30,856 nucleotides of DNA from the IMG/VR virus record IMGVR_UViG_3300034025_000029, positions 1 through 30,856 of that record. One strand, given 5' to 3'. Shown one piece after another: positions 25,423-30,856 of this stretch (its first letter is position 1; each line of letters opens with the position of its first letter). Source of the stretch: a virus. Lineage: Duplodnaviria; Caudoviricetes. Both the position numbers and the translations under genes were made by a program. The notes under the pieces were generated by a model. It had not been told where the DNA came from, ran no database searches, and worked only from the letters and a program-made list of their open reading frames with translations.

Positions 25423-25434
25423 GGGTCAACCGTA
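25423..25434 (-). promoter_or_regulatory. Putative -10 element (TACGGT) for a leaderless transcript
   Basis: TANNNT hexamer ends 6 nt before the ATG at 25422. No SD sequence. -35 not obvious. Confidence 0.5.
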
Positions 25435-25509
25435 GGAACGGGACCGGGGTGTCCGTGGCGGAACGGGGGAAGTCGGTCGGAGGTCAGGACGAAGGTCCCG
25501 CGGAGGCTG

Positions 25510-25677
25510 CTACCAGTCCTCTCGGGGGTTGGGGTACTCGTCGACGTCGGGGACCGAGTCGCGGAGGTCGGAGTAATGCGCGCTCCGTGCATCGCTGGCC
25601 GGCAAGTCCGGCGCGATCCTCTCGAAAAGGTCCGCAGGAGCTGGCGCGTTCGCGTCGAGCCTGCGCGCGCCGGTCAT
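25510..25677 (-). CDS. 55-aa acidic hypothetical protein (not in ORF track)
   Basis: MTGARRLDANAPAPADLFERIAPDLPASDARSAHYSDLRDSVPDVDEYPNPREDW. ATGA overlap with the upstream minus-strand gene. Confidence 0.55.
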   Translation of the reverse strand: MTGARRLDANAPAPADLFERIAPDLPASDARSAHYSDLRDSVPDVDEYPNPREDW

Positions 25678-25907
25678 CGGACCACCGTGACGGGGCTGTT
25701 GTGGCTGAAGCAGATGAATCGACCGTTCGGCTGGTCGGTGTCGACCAGCGTCCAGCCATTCGGGTACGTCGCAACGACCCCGGTCACGGTGCCGTCGGCG
25801 GTCCGCGACGCGCGATGGAAGAGCGTCACGGTCTGGCCGTACTCGAGGCCGAGCCTCTTACGGGTGCCTGTCGTGTGGGAGCCGGTGGCGGAGCTGGTCT
25901 GCGTCAT
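25674..25907 (-). CDS. 77-aa small beta-rich hypothetical protein
   Basis: ATG at 25907 lies 7 nt after a putative -10. Alternating beta-strand pattern (possibly SH3-like). Confidence 0.65.
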   Translation of the reverse strand: MTQTSSATGSHTTGTRKRLGLEYGQTVTLFHRASRTADGTVTGVVATYPNGWTLVDTDQPNGRFICFSHNSPVTVVR

Positions 25908-25991
25908 GTGCACCAGTGTTGCACCGCTAGGCGGAACAATCAACACCGCGCAGCGTTTGCATTACGTCGCTGACCGTGTCACTGTTCTCTC
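25908..25991. promoter_or_regulatory. Back-to-back divergent sigma70/SigA-type promoters, both leaderless
   Basis: Plus strand: TTGCAT (25957-62), 17 nt, CACTGT (25980-85, preceded by TGn), 6 nt, ATG. Minus strand: TTGATT (25943-38), 17 nt, AACACT (25920-15), 7 nt, ATG. The gap is AT-richer and has no SD on either side. Confidence 0.65.
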
Positions 25992-26231
25992 ATGCACAGC
26001 ACACGAGCAGCCGTCTCGACCACCATCCGCGTCACCCTGGCACGCCAGCGGCGCAGCGGTCGACACCTCGCGCAGGTCCTCGGGATGTCCGCCGGCGCCT
26101 GGCACCGGCGCATGGCCGGCGCTGTCGCGTGGGACGTCGACGACCTCGCCGGCATCGCCCGTGAGCTCGGCGTCCCGGTCGCTGACCTCGTCGCTGACCT
26201 CGACGACGCCGCGAAGGTGCTGTCGTCGTGA
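25992..26231 (+). CDS. XRE/Cro-like helix-turn-helix protein
   Basis: IRVTLARQRRSGRHLAQVLGMSAGAWHRRMAGAVAWDVDDLAGIARELGVPVADL is a canonical XRE pattern. Confidence 0.9.
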   Translation: MHSTRAAVSTTIRVTLARQRRSGRHLAQVLGMSAGAWHRRMAGAVAWDVDDLAGIARELGVPVADLVADLDDAAKVLSS

Positions 26232-26395
26232 GCCTCGTGTGGCGGAAGACCGTCAAGGTCGGGCGCCGTACCCGCGTCAACCTCTCGAAGACCGGTGCGT
26301 CCGTGTCGCACCGACGCGGCCCCGTCACCCTCAACTCCCGCGGCGCCGTGTCGATCCGGCTGCCGTTCGGCCTGTCCTACCGCTTCAAGCTCTGA
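26228..26395 (+). CDS. 55-aa basic DUF4236-like protein (not in ORF track)
   Basis: MSLVWRKTVKVGRRTRVNLSKTGASVSHRRGPVTLNSRGAVSIRLPFGLSYRFKL matches the RKS.K.G...R.NLSKSG.S.S...GLSYR pattern. GTGA overlap. Confidence 0.8.
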   Translation: MSLVWRKTVKVGRRTRVNLSKTGASVSHRRGPVTLNSRGAVSIRLPFGLSYRFKL

Positions 26396-26448
26396 CCCTC
26401 CCCACCCCGGCAGGGTCCTCGTTCCGCTCCCGTTGAAAGGTCATCCCC

Positions 26449-26703
26449 GTGTCCGACGCATCCCCACCCCCGTCCCTCGTCGACCGGGCGCTCGCCGCGC
26501 TCGCCCCCGACGAAGTCCACCGACCCGCCGTCGAGCGGACGCTGAACGGTCTGCTGGACGTCAGCGCGACCCGGCATGACGTCGAGGTCCTCGTCGAGTG
26601 GTTCGAGCACCTCGCGCGTGGTCGGCAGAACCTCCTGACCGCGACGTCGGACCTGCAGCAGTCGCTGCTGCTCGAGCGATACGGACCGGTGTCCCGTGGC
26701 TGA
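26449..26703 (+). CDS. Hypothetical helical protein
   Basis: GAAAGG RBS before GTG. Typical codon bias. Confidence 0.7.
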   Translation: MSDASPPPSLVDRALAALAPDEVHRPAVERTLNGLLDVSATRHDVEVLVEWFEHLARGRQNLLTATSDLQQSLLLERYGPVSRG

Positions 26704-26863
26704 CGACGAAGACGTGAAGCAGTGGATCGCGACCACCCCTGACGGTGGCGAGCTGCTCGTCACCCTCTACGACGACGGCGCGTCACCCACCGACGTCACC
26801 GTCGCTCCCCGACTCGACGGCACCCGCTGGGGTGCCCCGTACCCCGCTCGGAGGCTCCCGTGA
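26696..26863 (+). CDS. 55-aa hypothetical protein (not in ORF track)
   Basis: MADDEDVKQWIATTPDGGELLVTLYDDGASPTDVTVAPRLDGTRWGAPYPARRLP. 8-nt and 4-nt overlaps with neighbours. Confidence 0.65.
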   Translation: MADDEDVKQWIATTPDGGELLVTLYDDGASPTDVTVAPRLDGTRWGAPYPARRLP

Positions 26864-26979
26864 AGGTCAAGCGCCCGACTCCCTTGGGCTTCGCTGCTGC
26901 GGTCGCTCTGCTGCTGGCGTGGGGCACTGTCGGTGCCCTGGTCGCGTTGACGATCCTCGTCGCGGAGGCTGGCCGATGA
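26860..26979 (+). CDS. 39-aa single-TM membrane peptide (not in ORF track)
   Basis: GGAGG RBS. MKVKRPTPLGFAAAVALLLAWGTVGALVALTILVAEAGR. GTGA and ATGA overlaps. Confidence 0.65.
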   Translation: MKVKRPTPLGFAAAVALLLAWGTVGALVALTILVAEAGR

Positions 26980-27974
26980 CGAAGCACCCCGACTGCCAGG
27001 CCACCCAACCCCATGCGGCGCACACTCTGCTGCCGCCGAGCGGCACGAAGCCGGGGACCCCGTGCGAGGGGTATGACGACCCGCTCGCATCCGCGCCTGC
27101 GGTGTCGCTGGCCAAGACCCCTGCCATGCTCGGGCGCGGCGTGCAAGACGGACTCCCCTCGGAGGCGTACCACTCCCACCGTGCAGTCAGCGCGTCGTCC
27201 CTGAAGCGGTTGCTGCCCCCGTCGACCCCCGCGCACTACCGCTACGGGGAAGACAAGACGTCCGACGCACTCGACTTCGGGAAGGTCGCACACCACCTCG
27301 TCCTAGGCGAGGGTGACCGGTACGTCGCCCGCCCGTCGAAGTGGTCGGACTGGCGCACGAAAGACGCGCAGGCATGGCGTACGGCGCAGGAAGCCGACGG
27401 CCTCGTCGTCGTCACCCGCGACCTACTCGACCAGGCCGAAGCGATGGTCAAGGTCCTCCGCGGCCACCCCGCCGGCGACTACTTCACCGATGGGCGCCCC
27501 GAGCAGTCCCTGTTCTGGACCGACCCCGAGACCGGCCTCGCGTGCAGGGCCCGTCCCGACTGGCTGCCCACGCACCGGGCCGACCGGCGCCTCGTCGTCC
27601 CCGACTACAAGACCGCCCGGACCGCAGAGCCGCGGGAGTTCGGCAAGGCAGCCGCCGACCGCCTCTACTACCTGAGCGCCGCGTTCTACCGCGAAGGGTG
27701 CCGTCAGCTCGGCCTCGACGACGACGCGCAGATCGTGCTCGTCGCGCAGGAGAAGACACCCCCGTACGTCGTGCAGCCCTACCTGTTCGACGAGGACGAC
27801 CTGCAGCTCGGCGCTTCCCTCATGCGGAAGGGGCTGCGGCTGCTCGCCGACTGCCTCGCCGCGGACAAGTGGCCGGCGTACGCCGACCACCCCACCACCC
27901 TCGAGCTCCCGACGTACCACCGGATCAGCGTCGAGGACTACGTCTACACCGATGACATGGAGGTCAGCTCGTGA
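26976..27974 (+). CDS. RecE / exonuclease VIII-like PD-(D/E)XK nuclease (DUF3799-like)
   Basis: AYH...VSASSLK, ALDFGKVAH, EQSLFWTDPETGLACRARPDW, DYKT, YYLSAAFY and VAQEKTPPY. GGAGG RBS before ATG 26976. Confidence 0.92.
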   Translation: MTKHPDCQATQPHAAHTLLPPSGTKPGTPCEGYDDPLASAPAVSLAKTPAMLGRGVQDGLPSEAYHSHRAVSASSLKRLLPPSTPAHYRYGEDKTSDALDFGKVAHHLVLGEGDRYVARPSKWSDWRTKDAQAWRTAQEADGLVVVTRDLLDQAEAMVKVLRGHPAGDYFTDGRPEQSLFWTDPETGLACRARPDWLPTHRADRRLVVPDYKTARTAEPREFGKAAADRLYYLSAAFYREGCRQLGLDDDAQIVLVAQEKTPPYVVQPYLFDEDDLQLGASLMRKGLRLLADCLAADKWPAYADHPTTLELPTYHRISVEDYVYTDDMEVSS

Positions 27975-28666
27975 CGGAGCTCGACATGGCAGACACGATC
28001 GTCCCGAAGTCCGACCAGCTCAACGCCGACGACCTCGTCGCTGGCCCGCGGACCTTCACGATCACGGAGGTCCGGAAGCGCGGCAGCGACGAGCAGCCCG
28101 TCAGCATCGTCCTCGGCGAGTTCCCCAAGACCCGGCCCTACAAGCCGTCGAAGGGGATGCGCCGCGTGATGGTCGAGGCGTGGGGCAGGGACGGCGCGAA
28201 GTGGGTCGGCAAGCGGTTCACCCTCTACCGGGACCAGGAGGTGCTGTGGGCCGGGCAGCCGGTCGGCGGGATCCGGATCAGCCACATGTCCGACCTCCCC
28301 GGCGGGCGACCCCTCCGCATGGCGCTCACCGTCGCGCAGAGCAAGCGCGAGCAGTACGTCGTGCAGCCGCTGCCCGACGCTGCCCCGTCGTCGGTGCCGA
28401 TGTCCGCTGCAACCCTCGACGAGCTCGTCGCGACGCTCCGTCGGAAGGGGATCCCCGAGGACCAGTGGCTGTCCGGGGTGAACTACATCATCGGCGGGTC
28501 AGCGACCGCGCTTGAGGTGATCACCGAGGACGACGCGCAGAAGGTCCTGGGGTCGCTCGCTGGCCGGCCCGACGTCGTCACCGACCCCGGCGCCCCGACC
28601 CCCACGCCCGCGGCAGACGACAGCTACGACCCGACCGCCGAGCCGGGATGGGAACCGAAACCGTGA
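27971..28666 (+). CDS. Conserved phage protein coupled to RecE; candidate ssDNA-binding/annealing protein
   Basis: IVPKSDQLNADDL...TFTITEV...PYKPSKGMRRV...WG...WVGKR.TLYRD...VGGIRISHMS. Acidic/Pro C-tail. Occupies the usual RecT position. Confidence 0.7.
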   Translation: MTELDMADTIVPKSDQLNADDLVAGPRTFTITEVRKRGSDEQPVSIVLGEFPKTRPYKPSKGMRRVMVEAWGRDGAKWVGKRFTLYRDQEVLWAGQPVGGIRISHMSDLPGGRPLRMALTVAQSKREQYVVQPLPDAAPSSVPMSAATLDELVATLRRKGIPEDQWLSGVNYIIGGSATALEVITEDDAQKVLGSLAGRPDVVTDPGAPTPTPAADDSYDPTAEPGWEPKP

Positions 28667-28860
28667 GCGCCGAGGAACTGCGCGACGCAGCCGACCGCCT
28701 CGACGAGCGCGTGACGCGAGGGGTCGACCTCGCCTACGCGGACGAGTGGGTCCAGCTCGCGGCGTTGCTGCGGCACACCGCGGACGAGTTCATGGTCTGG
28801 AACCGCCGACTCGAGGTCGATGCCCGCACTCTCGACGTGGCCCGGGCGATCCTCGCATGA
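28663..28860 (+). CDS. Hypothetical protein (65 aa)
   Basis: GTGA and ATGA overlaps. Helical SAEELRDAADRL pattern. Confidence 0.7.
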   Translation: MSAEELRDAADRLDERVTRGVDLAYADEWVQLAALLRHTADEFMVWNRRLEVDARTLDVARAILA

Positions 28861-28988
28861 CCGAGCAGCCGTACGACTTCGCCCGCGAGCGGTACGAAGC
28901 GGAAGCCGCCACCGACACCGATTGGGTCTGGATCGGTGGCACCGCCTACGACAGACTCGACCTCCCCGACCCCCAGGACCTGACATGA
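28857..28988 (+). CDS. 43-aa acidic hypothetical protein
   Basis: ATGA overlaps on both sides. Confidence 0.6.
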   Translation: MTEQPYDFARERYEAEAATDTDWVWIGGTAYDRLDLPDPQDLT

Positions 28989-29344
28989 TGACCGCTCCCA
29001 CCTCACAGACCTCCGCTGCCACCGGCGACACGGCGCCGACCGCAGCGGAGCACGCGCCGGCGAGGGGAGGGGATGAGGACCGGGGGAAACCCGCTGACGC
29101 GGGTCGGGGAACCTCACCCCTCGCCGGCGCCCCCGACATCGTCAACCCCTGCCCCGCGAAGTGCGGTCGGCAGGTCAACCCCGGGGACATGCTGTGCCCC
29201 GCGTGCTGGCACCGCGTCCCGCACGGCCTCGTCACGCGGGTCCGCGCGGCGTGGCGCGACTACCAGCGGGAACCGTCTGACCGACGCTGGGACGCCTACC
29301 ACGAGGCACGCCTCGTCGCGATCAGCCAAGTCAGGAGGATGTGA
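28985..29344 (+). CDS. Hypothetical Zn-finger protein
   Basis: CPAKCGR...MLCPACWHRVP motif. ATGA overlap. Confidence 0.75.
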   Translation: MMTAPTSQTSAATGDTAPTAAEHAPARGGDEDRGKPADAGRGTSPLAGAPDIVNPCPAKCGRQVNPGDMLCPACWHRVPHGLVTRVRAAWRDYQREPSDRRWDAYHEARLVAISQVRRM

Positions 29345-29348
29345 CCCG

Positions 29349-29618
29349 GTGCCGTCCCTCCCGAAGGAACGACGCGGATCCGGGCCAGCGCTCGCCACCC
29401 TGAAGCCGCGCGTCACCCGCTACACCGAAGCCGACCACGGGCCCCGCTGCCTCGAGTGCAAGGCACCGACCATCGCAGCCGCCGAGCTCGACCCGCCGAT
29501 CCACCCGACCTGCGACCCGTCCTTCCCAGGACTCGTCGCCGCGAGCGCACGAGCTCGCATCCGGGCCGCGCGACCCGCGCGACCCAGGACCGCTCCCAAC
29601 CCCACAGGAGAACGATGA
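29349..29618 (+). CDS. Hypothetical protein with CxxC...HPTC motif
   Basis: AGGAGG upstream. RCLECKAP...IHPTCDP. ATGA overlap with the next gene. Confidence 0.6.
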   Translation: MPSLPKERRGSGPALATLKPRVTRYTEADHGPRCLECKAPTIAAAELDPPIHPTCDPSFPGLVAASARARIRAARPARPRTAPNPTGER

Positions 29619-29977
29619 GCACCACAGGAAAGATCCTCGCGAAGGGCTGCAACGCGACGGGGATCGACGAGCAGCTGATCCGTCGGCTGCACGACAAGCT
29701 CGGGCACACCGTCATGGCGATCGTCGAGCTGCAGTCGACGTCCCGCACCGAGGACTCCGACGGAGACGAGACGGTGTCGCTGTCGATCCTCTCCCTCGAG
29801 CCGGCGCAACATGGGTTCGCGGAGGACCAGCTCCGCGAGATTCAGCGGGCCCTCTACATCAAGCGGTCCGCCGATGGTGAGCAGCGCGCGATCGACGAGA
29901 CCCTCGACGACCCCCGGTCACTCGAGGACGTCATGCGCGACAGCCACCTCACGCTGCTCGGTGGCGACGATGAGTGA
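29615..29977 (+). CDS. Hypothetical protein (120 aa)
   Basis: AGGAG RBS. Typical codon bias. Confidence 0.8.
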   Translation: MSTTGKILAKGCNATGIDEQLIRRLHDKLGHTVMAIVELQSTSRTEDSDGDETVSLSILSLEPAQHGFAEDQLREIQRALYIKRSADGEQRAIDETLDDPRSLEDVMRDSHLTLLGGDDE

Positions 29978-30323
29978 GCGGGCAGAGCAGCTCGCAGCGG
30001 CTGGCGTCGTCGTGGTGACCCCGCCGGCGCTGTCGGCGCCCGCAGCGTCACCGCGGCGCGTGCAGCCGTGGACCGTCCTCTACGACGGCGCCGCGCACCC
30101 CATCGGATGGGGACATGTGACCCTCGTCGAGCCGATCCCCGGGGCTGCGATCGTGTACGTCGACGACGGCGGCGCGACGGTCGCGACCCGACCTTCGGGG
30201 CAACGGTGGGCGACGGTCATCACGGGCGGCAACGGCTTCCCCTCGAACGCCGGCGCGATCCTCGGGTCGTACATCGCGGCGGCGTCCGGCGAAGTCCTCC
30301 ACGTTGTCGAGGTCCTCGGATGA
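29970..30323 (+). CDS. Hypothetical beta-rich phage protein (DUF7352-like)
   Basis: IVYVD...VITGGNGFP...ILGSY...VLHVVEV pattern. 8-nt overlap with the upstream gene. Confidence 0.6.
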   Translation: MSERAEQLAAAGVVVVTPPALSAPAASPRRVQPWTVLYDGAAHPIGWGHVTLVEPIPGAAIVYVDDGGATVATRPSGQRWATVITGGNGFPSNAGAILGSYIAAASGEVLHVVEVLG

Positions 30324-30565
30324 CCGCCGACATCCCAGCCGTCCTCGACATCATCGGGCGGACCGCCGACACGATCACCGCGCTCCCACTCGACGACGTC
30401 CTCGTCGCGGTCACCGGCACCACCCCGACCGCGACGAAGCTGTCGCCGGCGGCGTACGCCGACAACGCGACGAGCAAGCTCAACGCGCAACGGGACCTCG
30501 TCGCCGCGGCGATCGCGTTCCGTGACGCCGTCGGGGAGATCCGGACTACGGGCGGAGCGACATGA
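30320..30565 (+). CDS. Hypothetical protein (81 aa)
   Basis: GAGG RBS. ATGA overlaps on both sides. Confidence 0.7.
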   Translation: MTADIPAVLDIIGRTADTITALPLDDVLVAVTGTTPTATKLSPAAYADNATSKLNAQRDLVAAAIAFRDAVGEIRTTGGAT

Positions 30566-30856
30566 CCGAGCGTCCCGTCTCGGTCGAAGCGCTCGCGGTG
30601 CACGAGGCTGACCAGGCCTTCGGCGTCATCGAGGACCTGACTCTCGACGACCGCTTCGACATCGTCGACCGCTTCCTCGCGACCGCAGTCCAGACGATCG
30701 ACGACGTCATGCGCACCCCCCGTCGGCTCGTCACGATGGAAGAGCTCTTCACGATCCGGGTCCTAATCGGCGCTGCCGGTGTCGCCGCGACGTCGATCAG
30801 CGCGGCGTCCGGTGTCGAGCGTGTCGACCCGGAGCAGTCGAAGGCACGGGACGTGT
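30562..30856 (+). CDS. Hypothetical protein, truncated by window end
   Basis: GGAG RBS and ATGA overlap. MTERPVSVEALAVHEADQAFGVIEDL... stays open to the last base. Confidence 0.65.
   Translation, partial: MTERPVSVEALAVHEADQAFGVIEDLTLDDRFDIVDRFLATAVQTIDDVMRTPRRLVTMEELFTIRVLIGAAGVAATSISAASGVERVDPEQSKARDV

Noticed and set aside
24979-25991. Possible integrase, attP or repressor cassette at the strand switch
   Set aside because: No tyrosine or serine recombinase motifs, no leftward HTH and no tRNA-like att core were seen.
25060-26436. 458-aa + strand ORF spanning the leftward genes and control region
   Set aside because: It is antisense to three better-supported genes, runs through the divergent promoter, and is out of frame with the HTH and DUF4236-like genes. 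No domain is recognisable.
15303-26860. Recurring short motifs before starts (ggaggctcccg at 15303 and 26850; gaacaggag near 6668 and 22547)
   Set aside because: They are explained by Shine-Dalgarno sequences plus chance in high-GC DNA. There are too few copies to call a start-associated or operator motif.
1-30856. Abundant TCGA-containing sites (GTCGAC, CTCGAG) suggesting motif selection
   Set aside because: They are plausibly due to GTC/CTC followed by GAC/GAG codon pairs. They cannot be separated from codon bias without a Markov-model count.

Overview
This window is the left ~31 kb of a high-GC actinobacterial siphovirus genome, almost all on the + strand. It starts near a probable packaging end. 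The order is: TerS, four tiny coupled ORFs, TerL, HK97-type portal, ClpP-like protease, major capsid, head-tail connectors, tail tube, a tail assembly chaperone with a -1 frameshift site, a 799-aa tape measure protein, and minor tail or fibre proteins, including a lower-GC clan GH-A glycoside hydrolase. The lysis cassette has three membrane proteins and an endolysin that joins a Cys/His peptidase-like domain, a GH25 muramidase and an EEP-fold phosphoesterase-like domain. After it come a second fibre/decoration module, a thermonuclease and a strong hairpin terminator. Three short leftward genes (one secreted) follow, then back-to-back leaderless promoters and an early operon (HTH, DUF4236-like, RecE-like exonuclease, an uncharacterised partner, small Zn-finger ORFs). 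I see no integrase, CI-type repressor, lysin B, tRNA or CRISPR. All family calls come from recognising motifs by eye, not from database searches. The best novelty candidates are the EEP-fused endolysin with the tail glycosidase, the direct-repeat-bounded gene insertion and the non-RecT partner of RecE.
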